Origin: a virus
Length of the DNA: 64,000 nt
IMG/VR virus record: IMGVR_UViG_3300033148_002257
Coordinates: 6,280 to 70,279 of that record
Direction: 5' to 3' (one strand)
Shown here: in pieces, positions 18,224 to 27,081 of the stretch
Layout: every line of letters starts with the position of its first letter
Numbering within the stretch: position 1 is the first letter of the stretch
Program-made: the position numbers and the translations under genes
The notes under the pieces: model-generated
Seen by the model: the letters and a program-made list of their open reading frames with translations, nothing else
Databases searched by the model: none
Told to the model about the DNA's origin: nothing

Positions 18224-18443
18224 TAACCGTCTCTTGAACTTTTTTTGATTCTTTGTGTACTGTACCGCAATTAAGACAACGGTTTACAACCAATACGCTT
18301 TTTACAAATTCCTCCTCTAAACTATCTGCTATTTCTTTTCCATCTTTATTATGCATACGCGACTCTAAGTTGCTGCTAAACTCGTATACACTATGTCGAT
18401 ACGCCGCAGATACACCACAGTTCGGACAAATCCAGTCTCTCAT
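18216..18443 (-). CDS. small zinc-ribbon protein
   Basis: CPNCG...CLNCG; GAGGT RBS. Confidence 0.55.
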   Translation of the reverse strand: MRDWICPNCGVSAAYRHSVYEFSSNLESRMHNKDGKEIADSLEEEFVKSVLVVNRCLNCGTVHKESKKVQETVNE

Positions 18444-18577
18444 TTTCTACCTCTCCCAACCCGTTGCGTTGTTTTACATCCGCCACGACCTCGGTTTGCA
18501 CGACGTCCTTTACCACTACCGTCTCGACGCGGTATACCTTTCTTTTTTGTAGCCATTTCTATCACCTAAACTTCCTT

Positions 18578-18823
18578 TCATGAATATATCTTTTTTTCTA
18601 CCCAGCAACGTCTAATACGCGCTTTATTCCCTTTTTTTTCTACCATTCGTTTTACTTGTCGCGCATCTTCTCTTGTCCAATACCGTTGATACTCTTCCCA
18701 ACGGAAAGTTGTTGGATCTTCAGAAATATCTTTATCCTTACATTGCATATTTACATATTCTACAATCCAAGGATATTCAGGAGATTCCCAATCAATGTAC
18801 GTATGTTGATTAATGTTAGCCAT
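18578..18823 (-). CDS. hypothetical protein
   Basis: TAATG coupling with the ERCC4 gene. Confidence 0.5.
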   Translation of the reverse strand: MANINQHTYIDWESPEYPWIVEYVNMQCKDKDISEDPTTFRWEEYQRYWTREDARQVKRMVEKKGNKARIRRCWVEKKIYS

Positions 18824-19380
18824 TATCCCGTCTCCCGCATTACGTTATACCCTTTAACCAATCTATCCAACACCCACCGTTCACATACTGTCCTGTCTCT
18901 GTTCATATACACATGTACCCCGTACCGTACACTACAACTTACTAAAAATCCACGTACCTGTTCCGGCGTAATAGAACCGCCATACATCTGTGGCATATAC
19001 AAATCATTCTCGTCCGCTTCTACTACCAACCCCGACCATCGTTGGTCTCGTAACCGTTCTAACTTTTCAACAGTCTTTTTACGTTCAACACCTATATACG
19101 AAAAGAAATCCGATAACTGTTTGCGTTCAACACACAACGGCATTCCCGCAACAGCATAATCGCCGTTATGTAAAGTTTCTCCTATACACAACAAACGTTC
19201 GTTACCAATATCAACTATCCGCGTTTCGCCTTTGTTTATTCTATGTCTTATAAAAAACGGTTGCTGTTCTCGTGTGTCGATTTGTAAATAAAACCCGTTT
19301 GGTATCTTTGTAGGTTTCCAATCGACTCGTGTAGTTTTCGGTCGATTAACAGCTATTTTAGTTTTACCTTGTACTCTCAT
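18823..19380 (-). CDS. ERCC4/XPF-domain structure-specific nuclease
   Basis: IDTREQQP, GDYAV, VERKQLSDF, GLVVE. Confidence 0.85.
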   Translation of the reverse strand: MRVQGKTKIAVNRPKTTRVDWKPTKIPNGFYLQIDTREQQPFFIRHRINKGETRIVDIGNERLLCIGETLHNGDYAVAGMPLCVERKQLSDFFSYIGVERKKTVEKLERLRDQRWSGLVVEADENDLYMPQMYGGSITPEQVRGFLVSCSVRYGVHVYMNRDRTVCERWVLDRLVKGYNVMRETG

Positions 19381-19489
19381 AACATAAAAAAAGTGGTCTG
19401 TAGGGGTACATATAACAGTATAGATGTAAACAACAGGTTCGTACACGTTATTTGCACTAAACTAAAGTTATATGTACCCCTTACCACTG

Positions 19490-20083
19490 TTACCAGCTAG
19501 ACTCGGTTTCTGTTACAGGTTCTGTTACAGGGTTCGTTGCTTTTGGTTGCGGAACAGATTTACCGTCCACCAACGAGACTTTAGCTATATCAGCAATTGT
19601 TTTGCCATTATACTCTCGGTTAGTAACAGTTGCACGTGTAACTTTTTCTGGCAACTTCATTTTGATTTGGTTTATAACCGCATCGTCAAACCAAGAGTCA
19701 GCGTTAAGATGTGCTTGGAACTCAGCTTCTAACGTTGTACCCGGAGTTGACCCTTGTACGTTCGCAAGTATATCCGCTATCCGCTGTTCGCTAATTCGTG
19801 TTAAAGTTTCGTGTCCCGGTAAACCCAAATTGATGTTCAAGAACACTCGACCAATATCCTCGTCAATATCCTCGAACCGTTCTGTCCCGTCTGCCGCTTT
19901 TACAATTCTAGATATAGGTTTAGTTGGAATTGCAAGTACTTTAGCGACAGATTCGCTTCTACTACCGTCTGGCCTTTCTCGTGGTTCTTGAAATGTTATA
20001 CCTTCAAGATACTGTAACAGATACTCGCCAGCCGGTACCGCCGGGAACCCAAATTCCGCGTTTTGTCGTCCAGTCGTTTTCAT
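19490..20083 (-). CDS. putative ssDNA-binding protein (DUF669-like)
   Basis: VPAGEY N-terminus, REYNGKTIADI, flexible acidic tail; adjacent to the AAA_24 gene. Confidence 0.55.
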   Translation of the reverse strand: MKTTGRQNAEFGFPAVPAGEYLLQYLEGITFQEPRERPDGSRSESVAKVLAIPTKPISRIVKAADGTERFEDIDEDIGRVFLNINLGLPGHETLTRISEQRIADILANVQGSTPGTTLEAEFQAHLNADSWFDDAVINQIKMKLPEKVTRATVTNREYNGKTIADIAKVSLVDGKSVPQPKATNPVTEPVTETESSW

Positions 20084-20142
20084 TTTTTCGTCTCTCCTTT
20101 TCTTTTACAAACCAAACGTTACACAACAACATCTAAACGCCA

Positions 20143-20352
20143 TTAACCACCCCCTTCGTTCTGTTCTAAATAACGTCTGCCAGTTTCGATAATCTGTCGA
20201 ATTTGCCGTTTTGTAAGCGTTAAAACAGCTACGTTATCGCTATCGTCAACGCCATGAATCTGAAACCGGTTAGAAGTAATACCAGCCCAAATGTTGTTAA
20301 CACTCAAATCGTCTATATCGTCAGAACCTATAATCGCAACAGATAGACTCAT
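20143..20352 (-). CDS. hypothetical protein
   Basis: ATGA coupling. Confidence 0.5.
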   Translation of the reverse strand: MSLSVAIIGSDDIDDLSVNNIWAGITSNRFQIHGVDDSDNVAVLTLTKRQIRQIIETGRRYLEQNEGGG

Positions 20353-21131
20353 TTTTCTTCTCCCTGCAATTTCGCCAGTATTTTCTCTAAATCCAACGGA
20401 CCTGCTATTGGCATATAACTACCATCTTCAGTTTTTGGTCTAACTCCCGTCCATTTAGCCATAAACCCTTCACCATCAAATATCACCGTTGGCGGGAACA
20501 CTATTTTACCGCTATTATCGTATCTGGTTTCTACACGACCTATAAAATCCAAGTATCCTGGCATTTCGTTTGGAAACTTACGGCCTGACAACAGCGGCGC
20601 AGCAGCTAACGTTCGATCCCATTTAGCACGTTGATCTTCTCGTGCCGTCATAACTACACAAATACCAGTTTTTGATAGTCTACCTAACGGGTCAACTATT
20701 CGTGACGTTAACGACGCTAATATGCCATATCCTTCTTCTGTCATTTTAGCTTGTGACATTAACATCCGTTCAACTTTACCTTTTTTAGACCGCGATTCAT
20801 GCGCTTCATCTTCAATCTCACCCATTAACCCTACACCCATAAAATGTGACAATCCGTCAAACACAATCGTTTTATATTTACTAAAATCGTTCGTCTCTAA
20901 AAACTCTTTCAACTCGTTCCAATCCGTATAATCTACAAACTCAACATCTTTAGGACTACCAGCAGCTACCCAAAAGTCACGTGCACTTCGCGGTTCGGTA
21001 TTAATATGTAGAAGCGGTTTCGGTCCGGTCTGTATCAACGATGTAGTTTTACCTACACCAGTCGGACCATAAATAACACCAAACTTGCCAAACTTAGGTA
21101 ACTGTTCTGCTGTTTTAATGGACATAGGCAT
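20349..21131 (-). CDS. AAA_24 / Sak4-like ATPase recombinase
   Basis: IYGPTGVGKTT, YKTIVFDGLS, VVMTARE, DFIGR. Confidence 0.85.
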   Translation of the reverse strand: MPMSIKTAEQLPKFGKFGVIYGPTGVGKTTSLIQTGPKPLLHINTEPRSARDFWVAAGSPKDVEFVDYTDWNELKEFLETNDFSKYKTIVFDGLSHFMGVGLMGEIEDEAHESRSKKGKVERMLMSQAKMTEEGYGILASLTSRIVDPLGRLSKTGICVVMTAREDQRAKWDRTLAAAPLLSGRKFPNEMPGYLDFIGRVETRYDNSGKIVFPPTVIFDGEGFMAKWTGVRPKTEDGSYMPIAGPLDLEKILAKLQGEEK

Positions 21132-21390
21132 CAGACTTTTCCTCCGCAATTTCTGTTATTTTGTCCAACGTAACAAGTATTCCATCCGTATCTAACTCAA
21201 TCTGTTCCCATCTCAAAACGTCTGTATACTTAACATAAGCTATAAAAGATGCAACGAACCCCGATAAAAACTTTCGTGCATCTCTTTTAGAAAGTCCAGC
21301 TCGATGAAGAACCGCTATTCCACTTTTAAGATACCGATAAAACAGTTCCGCCGCTACACGACAATCGTTGTCAGCCTCGCGCATAGACAT
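21115..21390 (-). CDS. hypothetical protein
   Basis: GGAGG RBS. Confidence 0.5.
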   Translation of the reverse strand: MSMREADNDCRVAAELFYRYLKSGIAVLHRAGLSKRDARKFLSGFVASFIAYVKYTDVLRWEQIELDTDGILVTLDKITEIAEEKSDAYVH

Positions 21391-22393
21391 CTTTATCCCT
21401 CCGTTCAAATATCTCTTCACTTACCCCGCCAGTATCACATATAGGACGATATTCACACATGTCACCATAGCGTATACATGCATTCTCGTTCTGATAAAAC
21501 GACCCACGTTCTTCACATTCTCGTATCTCTTGCGCTACAAACATATACCGATGAATTAACGCACTAAAATCAAACTCGTTACGATAAAACCTTTTACCAA
21601 ACGTTTTAGCCTTTTTATCCCAACCAACAAAATAATATGACGGGCGACTGATTATATCTTGAAATATACGTTCTTCAAACCCGTCAACAGATTCAGCAAC
21701 GTTACGTGATCTACCAGCTTTTAGCGGTTTCTGTCCAGGTCGTCGTACAACTTGCATAATACAGTATTGTAAAGAGGAGTCTAACATAAAATATGTACCA
21801 ACCTGTGAAGTTATGTTAGGTACAGCTAAATAGTTTTGCGGATTACCTACAAACTTGTTTTCAATAAAGAATCCTGGCCCTTTACCGTCATAAACAGCCT
21901 TTACAAACGGCATAGTATAATTTTCAACTGGCGGCAAAAGTTCTGTGACAGCGACTTGGGGTGTGATTTTTTTTGGCAACTGAAGTTGTAAAGATTCAGT
22001 TGCGCGTATAACAGCTAGAACTTTTGCCGCCTCATAAGGGGGAATTTCCAGTTTATCTATTATCTCCGTTAACCCGTCAAACATAAAAGTATTCTCGTTA
22101 TAATAACTATCACACGCTTTATCCCATATTTTACCTAACTTAATAGCGTTACTCGCTTTTGCGTCTTTAACCCTAATCCCCTGTATATAAGAGTAATAAT
22201 ACTCTCGCCGACATCTACACCAGGTTTGTACTGCGCTATGTGACAGTCGAGGAGCTAACGTTTTTATCGCTTCCGTACATAAAAACTTTGAACCTAGTTT
22301 ACACAGCCCAGGTTGACCTTGCGCTGTCCGTATATAATGAATACACGGTAACTGTCCGCCAGGTACTATCTGTCGTTTTTCACATTTAGACAT
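21371..22393 (-). CDS. PD-(D/E)XK RecB/Cas4-like exonuclease
   Basis: LSHSAVQTWCRCRR, D...IENK, QVGTY, C-terminal C...CEYRPIC. Confidence 0.8.
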   Translation of the reverse strand: MSKCEKRQIVPGGQLPCIHYIRTAQGQPGLCKLGSKFLCTEAIKTLAPRLSHSAVQTWCRCRREYYYSYIQGIRVKDAKASNAIKLGKIWDKACDSYYNENTFMFDGLTEIIDKLEIPPYEAAKVLAVIRATESLQLQLPKKITPQVAVTELLPPVENYTMPFVKAVYDGKGPGFFIENKFVGNPQNYLAVPNITSQVGTYFMLDSSLQYCIMQVVRRPGQKPLKAGRSRNVAESVDGFEERIFQDIISRPSYYFVGWDKKAKTFGKRFYRNEFDFSALIHRYMFVAQEIRECEERGSFYQNENACIRYGDMCEYRPICDTGGVSEEIFERRDKDVYARG

Positions 22394-22415
22394 AACCGGT
22401 TATCCAATAGAAATA

Positions 22416-22533
22416 ATAGGCAGTACAGAAACGGGCACAAAGGAGCATAAGGGGGAACAGTTACGGTTGTTACGAATAGAACAAGAGGGGTCGGTAAGAT
22501 AAAGTAACAACCACAACAATCTGTACTGCCTAT
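22416..22533. ncRNA. candidate structured RNA/leader with a 14-bp terminal stem
   Basis: ATAGGCAGTACAGA/TCTGTACTGCCTAT perfect inverted repeat; inner GGTTGTTAC/GTAACAACC stem. Confidence 0.5.
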
Positions 22534-22559
22534 ACTTCAACATTTTCAAGCTTTTCCTA

Positions 22560-22589
22560 TTGACAAATGTTTAGCCGATATGGTATACT
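22560..22589 (+). promoter_or_regulatory. sigma70 promoter antisense to the surrounding genes
   Basis: TTGACA-18 nt-TATACT; shares TTTCCTNTTGACAAA and GATATGGTATACTGT with the 1251 promoter. Confidence 0.65.
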
Positions 22590-22599
22590 GTCTAACGTC

Positions 22600-22652
22600 C
22601 TTCCGAAAGGGAGACACCCCTTAGGCTGTCGGACTTCTGTCCTTCAGCCTTT
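22600..22652 (-). other. hairpin element 1 of the AAGGGAGACACCCC family
   Basis: Minus strand GGCTG-AA-GGAC-AGAA-GTCC-GA-CAGCC then GGGGTGTCTCCCTT. Confidence 0.55.
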
Positions 22653-22959
22653 TATTTTCATCTTCGACAAGGTGACTCCGTACCGTTGCCACGGGATATG
22701 AACAGGGTATGAAATGTTTAACCGACAGATTCTAACGACGTTTCTCCGTCCAGACTGTTCGTTATCAGCTATGTTCATTCTTATCTATTCCCCACCGTTA
22801 TCGCTATGAAACGAAGGTATAAACACCGATCTTCGTAACCGTTCGACAAGTTCATACCGTCGAACCATTTGTCTGTACGCAATCGATTGAACCAAAAATG
22901 CAAACCATCCTATAAACGCTATAAATATCAGTATCGCTTTCACTATATCTCCTAAAAAT

Positions 22960-23120
22960 AGACTTGGCTGGACTTAGCTTTTGGCTTACCAGCACAACTG
23001 AAAGCAGATTAGCGTATCATGCTAAATTCAGTTGACCTGCCCTGTGACCATACGGTGATCGTGCCGTACCAGCGACAGTGCGTTACCCCACCTGCTATAA
23101 GGTTTTTCCGCCACAAGCCT
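22960..23120 (-). ncRNA. structured tRNA-like ncRNA candidate 3 (clearest cloverleaf)
   Basis: Acceptor AGGCTTG/CAAGTCT; TGGCGGAA...AACGC D-arm; CTGT/ACAG arm with TACGG/CCGTA; variable arm CAACTGAA/TTCAGTTG; T-arm GCTGG...AAGT-CCAGC. Confidence 0.65.
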
Positions 23121-23166
23121 ACAGACTCTTGGGTTTTCCTTCTTGTTCCTTCCGACTACAGCTATT

Positions 23167-23196
23167 AGTATAACACATCCTGTACCAAAAAGTCAA
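23167..23196 (-). promoter_or_regulatory. sigma70 promoter upstream of ncRNA 3 and the recombination operon
   Basis: TTGACT-18 nt-TATACT with TG extension. Confidence 0.7.
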
Positions 23197-23591
23197 GCGG
23201 AAAACCGTTGCCATACTTTCCGCCACCACGGCTGCCTGTGATTGTACGTTTCAATACGAGAAACAACCAGTCGTCGTCGCGGTTCAATATCTTCAACAGC
23301 AACATCAGACGTATCCATCTCTTTATGCAACTCTAACAACCCATAATCCTGTAACCGTTTTCGTACAAGCACATTAACTCCACGATCCATTCTACTCAAC
23401 CGTCGTCTGGTAATAGATTTCGCAACCGTGTCACGTAACGATATTAACTCTATACTTTCTAACAACGCATTTAACGCTGCATCTTTTTTCTTTTCACGAC
23501 GTTTAGCCAGTTGCCATAAAGTGTTGCCAAACACAGCTATTCCAGCCCAAAACCATTCTTGTTGTAATAACCATATAACTTTATTTACCAT
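23193..23591 (-). CDS. membrane-anchored hypothetical protein
   Basis: N-terminal hydrophobic helix; C-terminal QPWWRKVW. Confidence 0.55.
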   Translation of the reverse strand: MVNKVIWLLQQEWFWAGIAVFGNTLWQLAKRREKKKDAALNALLESIELISLRDTVAKSITRRRLSRMDRGVNVLVRKRLQDYGLLELHKEMDTSDVAVEDIEPRRRLVVSRIETYNHRQPWWRKVWQRFSA

Positions 23592-23910
23592 CTGGTATTG
23601 CCTTTATATTATAAAATACACGTTTACCCCAAAGTTGTGCGTTTTCGTGTTCGTTAATTGAACCTTGACTGTCATGCCATCCGTTTACCATATATATAGC
23701 GTCACAAAACCGTTCGAGAATATCCAACCCTGCATCTAGGAACACCGTATCGTCAACTATACCACCCATACCTTCCCATAACAAATGTGGCGAAACAGGA
23801 ATATGACCTCGTTTTAATATTTCAACCGCTGCTTCTCTCGCTTTAATAATATTTTCACGTACTTCATTTTCCGTTTCAGCACGATACGGTCCTGCAACAT
23901 AAATAATCAT
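23581..23910 (-). CDS. DUF4406/DUF1937 nucleoside deoxyribosyltransferase-like protein
   Basis: IYVAGPY, PVSPH, CDAIYMVNGWHDSQGSINE. Confidence 0.8.
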   Translation of the reverse strand: MIIYVAGPYRAETENEVRENIIKAREAAVEILKRGHIPVSPHLLWEGMGGIVDDTVFLDAGLDILERFCDAIYMVNGWHDSQGSINEHENAQLWGKRVFYNIKAIPDGK

Positions 23911-24830
23911 ACGTTGTTAACCTCAATTCGAACGCTAATATATTCTTCTTTGTTCATACGTTTTCTAACTGGCGTTATCTCTATTTCCGGTGTACCTATA
24001 ACCGCAGGTGGCCGATGTTGTCGCGCTACATAGTTGTCCGCTCCTACCATATACCCACGTCTATATCCGCCACATCGAACGTATCTAACCGGTCTAAACA
24101 ACATATGCGGTCTTTTACGCCACATAGTTAATCGTAAAGGATTATCGCCGGTAGCTTGTTTATCATGATTATGTCCTGCTAAATAAAGGTTAGCATCTGC
24201 AATATCTCTTAACTTTACAACAGCGTTTATACTTCCACCTTTTGTACGACCGCCACCTATCGTCTCGCCATGTACCGCTAAAATGTCTATTGCAGTTGTT
24301 TTATTAGTCCGTTCAGCGGTAATTGACATATGTATCAACGCCATACCACCTAAATTTACAGCACGTAACTCGTCCGGTTGTAACTTTTTGTTATACTGTT
24401 GCGCTAAATAGTCTGTAGAGTTCTGCCACCCATCTTTACCTAACCTAATAACGCCACGATGGTTACCGTCTAACATCCATCCTATCCGACCACGCATATA
24501 CGAAGTGGTATCCGCAAAATCGTCTAGTTCAGCTTTAAACTGGTTTGAAAGTCTGTCAAAATGTTCGCTATGAAAGTCAGGGTTCATTAACGCAGCCCGT
24601 TCAGACCGCGACATACCTTCTATCTCGTCACCCATAAGTCCAAACACAACACAATCGCCATTATCAATTCGCGCTTTACATTTGTCGTTAAAAGCCTTAA
24701 AAGCGTCTTTGTCATGAAAAGCACAATATCGGTGAACGTCGCTAAGAGGATATAAATAGATAGGTTGACCAAACTTGCGAGTGGTTACAGTAAACTGGTG
24801 AACTGTAAATAGATACGGTTCAAATATCAT
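23907..24830 (-). CDS. calcineurin-like metallophosphoesterase
   Basis: SDVH, GD, GNH, VHG and GHNH motifs. Confidence 0.8.
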   Translation of the reverse strand: MIFEPYLFTVHQFTVTTRKFGQPIYLYPLSDVHRYCAFHDKDAFKAFNDKCKARIDNGDCVVFGLMGDEIEGMSRSERAALMNPDFHSEHFDRLSNQFKAELDDFADTTSYMRGRIGWMLDGNHRGVIRLGKDGWQNSTDYLAQQYNKKLQPDELRAVNLGGMALIHMSITAERTNKTTAIDILAVHGETIGGGRTKGGSINAVVKLRDIADANLYLAGHNHDKQATGDNPLRLTMWRKRPHMLFRPVRYVRCGGYRRGYMVGADNYVARQHRPPAVIGTPEIEITPVRKRMNKEEYISVRIEVNNV

Positions 24831-25300
24831 ATCGTATCTTTTTTGTCGTTTTTCAACACCTTTTCTGCTGCCTGTTGTAATTTCTGTAATCGCGTAGCTT
24901 TTAACCATCCAAACAGTGCATACGCAGCTATGTCAAGAAACTCTTCTGCAATATCTTGAGTTTCATCTTTTTTTAGATAACTATACGCACTATAACTTGC
25001 ACAACCTTTAACTAAACGTTTTTCAACAGCAGATATAAACTCGGTTAAATCTTCTGTATCAATGTCAGGAGGTAAACTTGTCGGATCGGGTTTTAATATA
25101 GGTTTACAATCAAATGCATGTTCATCATATACTGTACGCAAATGATTTTTGATACGGAAATGGTCGTCTATATCAGATAAACTAACGATATTACCAACTT
25201 GCGGTTGTACAGTTGCTTGTTCTGTATTAAAAACCTTGTTAAAATCTTGAGGTTGTGTAAGTTGTTGTGGTTTATCGTTCAGTGGCATACCTTTACTCAT
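24827..25300 (-). CDS. putative all-alpha dNTP pyrophosphohydrolase-like protein
   Basis: RLVKG..SY...DIAEEFLDIAAY. Confidence 0.45.
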   Translation of the reverse strand: MSKGMPLNDKPQQLTQPQDFNKVFNTEQATVQPQVGNIVSLSDIDDHFRIKNHLRTVYDEHAFDCKPILKPDPTSLPPDIDTEDLTEFISAVEKRLVKGCASYSAYSYLKKDETQDIAEEFLDIAAYALFGWLKATRLQKLQQAAEKVLKNDKKDTI

Positions 25301-25727
25301 TATCGTTATCCCTATCTTCGTTATTGTTTATACCAGCTTCTATATCTTCAGAACCTGCTTTTACATCAGCAACAGACGCTTTAACTTCACCTAACTCTAC
25401 TTCGTCGTACCCCGACATACGTGTATAAACTGTAGCAGAATCCGCTGCTCCGAATACAGGGAACGTTGCACCTATACCACGTCCTAACGCGCTAACAGCT
25501 TCGCCAATACCCGACGTTAACGGAGTAGCCGCGGTAGCCATAGATTCAGCAACTTTACCAACAGGTTCAACTACAGCTTTTACAATCTCTACAACCGCAC
25601 CTTTATCAGGCGCTTTATGTGTATGTACAACGTTCACAGTTTCAGGTTGTTCTTGTCGTCTATCTAAAGTAGCGCAACCTGCTAGTAACATCATGCTAAC
25701 CGAAAAACAAACCAACAACCGTTTCAT
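25293..25727 (-). CDS. lipoprotein (possible spanin/lysis accessory)
   Basis: Lipobox LLAGC after the signal peptide; in the lysis module. Confidence 0.6.
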   Translation of the reverse strand: MKRLLVCFSVSMMLLAGCATLDRRQEQPETVNVVHTHKAPDKGAVVEIVKAVVEPVGKVAESMATAATPLTSGIGEAVSALGRGIGATFPVFGAADSATVYTRMSGYDEVELGEVKASVADVKAGSEDIEAGINNNEDRDNDNE

Positions 25728-25738
25728 AACGTTTCCCT

Positions 25739-26056
25739 CTATACCTGTTTTACTTTTCTGATAGCTACTTTTTCCAGATACGTTTCAAGACCGCCAGACG
25801 GTACAACATCAAAATCTTTTTCAATCTTTTCACGTAACAACGATAACAGTTTAGCTATCTTTTCTTCATACGGCAACTCGATTTCATCTTCTAAAATCGC
25901 TTCACCAACCGTATCTAATATTTCAGGCAAATATTTGTGTACAGCTCTACGATATTTTAACGGACACCGCTGGTTCATCCATGTAACTATTGTGCCAGCT
26001 ATAATTGCCAACATAACTCCTGACAAAACTAAATGTTCTAATATCCACGCTGTCAT
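25739..26056 (-). CDS. holin-like membrane protein
   Basis: N-terminal TM helix; next to the endolysin. Confidence 0.5.
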   Translation of the reverse strand: MTAWILEHLVLSGVMLAIIAGTIVTWMNQRCPLKYRRAVHKYLPEILDTVGEAILEDEIELPYEEKIAKLLSLLREKIEKDFDVVPSGGLETYLEKVAIRKVKQV

Positions 26057-26550
26057 TTTATATCTCTCCTTACTTTCAACCCACCTGCCCTGTTATCGGC
26101 ATGTACGTGACCGTCCCGATAATCGTCTTTAACCCAATCAAAAAACTGTCTACACACGCTACCTAATTCTCGTTGAGGTACACGTTTTCGTGGACAGAAC
26201 CCTCCGCCAGCGTTGTTTGTTCTTAACGCCACTAAATCTATTCCACAACATCCTTTTTCCCCCAACCTGTTTTCGTAATTAACCAGATGCGTTGAATAAC
26301 GACTGACTTGTCCCCCGTTACACGTCCATCCTAACTTCTGTGCCAACGCTACGTTATCAGCTTCTGTCCGTGCAAGTCCTTTGATCTCTAACGTTATCCC
26401 GCCGCCATGTAGCTCGTTGAGTTTTGCACGTACACGTTCTGCCGATACCAAAACAGTCCAATGGACTCGCACAATCTCGTGCAACGCGAAATGGCTTGTC
26501 CAAACGCCATTAACGTAACTATATACAGGATTACGATGTTGTTCGTTCAT
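26053..26550 (-). CDS. endolysin, peptidase M15 family
   Basis: HFALHE, R...STH...GIDL, GHVHAD zinc ligands. Confidence 0.75.
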   Translation of the reverse strand: MNEQHRNPVYSYVNGVWTSHFALHEIVRVHWTVLVSAERVRAKLNELHGGGITLEIKGLARTEADNVALAQKLGWTCNGGQVSRYSTHLVNYENRLGEKGCCGIDLVALRTNNAGGGFCPRKRVPQRELGSVCRQFFDWVKDDYRDGHVHADNRAGGLKVRRDIK

Positions 26551-26567
26551 ATCTCTTGCTCGTTAGT

Positions 26568-26597
26568 AGTATACCACATCCAACAGGTCTTTGTCAA
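26568..26597 (-). promoter_or_regulatory. sigma70 promoter for the lysis genes
   Basis: TTGACA-18 nt-TATACT, GATGTGG extension as in the other promoters. Confidence 0.7.
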
Positions 26598-26770
26598 CCG
26601 GAAATCTGACCGTTCAACCGTATTATTAGCTGAACCACTATACCTGCTAGTGTAGCAATAACTAACCACAATATCTTGTTGAGTTTGCTATCCATTCTGT
26701 TTACACGTTCTTTCAAGTTTTCAATATCTGCTCTGTTACGAGCGCCTAATGCACATTTGTCATTTGCCAT
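26594..26770 (-). CDS. small XhlA-like coiled-coil + TM protein (not in the ORF track)
   Basis: Translates as MANDKCALGARNRADIENLKERVNRMDSKLNKILWLVIATLAGIVVQLIIRLNGQISG. Confidence 0.6.
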   Translation of the reverse strand: MANDKCALGARNRADIENLKERVNRMDSKLNKILWLVIATLAGIVVQLIIRLNGQISG

Positions 26771-27080
26771 CTGTCTGACTTTCTAACATTTTATACGTTT
26801 GCGCTACCACCAACGGTACAGGATACATCTGCGGGATAACTTGTTTTAGTAACGCAATTTCGTTTTCAGAAACATCTATTTTGCCACCTTTATGAATCTT
26901 TAACCCCAAATCGAACTGTTTGAGATATTCGCTACCAGACATTTTCTGTCCTTTAGCATATACAAGCGCGTTTGAACATGCCCGCGCTAATGTTAATGGT
27001 ACACTCTGTCCCATGTTATTACCGTCAGAAACGAAGTTACCGTCTAAATCTTTTACAACCTGATCAAAGTCTACCAACAT
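26760..27080 (-). CDS. conserved phage protein downstream of the tail fiber (possible chaperone)
   Basis: LDG...LTL..AC..AL...K..LGLKI...E..LLK pattern. Confidence 0.55.
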   Translation of the reverse strand: MLVDFDQVVKDLDGNFVSDGNNMGQSVPLTLARACSNALVYAKGQKMSGSEYLKQFDLGLKIHKGGKIDVSENEIALLKQVIPQMYPVPLVVAQTYKMLESQTDGK

Positions 27081-27081
27081 T

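Noticed and set aside
12355-22393. Type IV CRISPR system (DinG plus Cas4-like)
   Set aside because: No Cas5/6/7 and no array; the genes fit an ordinary phage recombination module with Sak4-like ATPase and SSB
1315-23120. Canonical tRNA or tmRNA genes
   Set aside because: The three structured RNAs lack TTC in the T-loop, a 7-nt anticodon loop and CCA; they are too short for tmRNA and show no tag ORF
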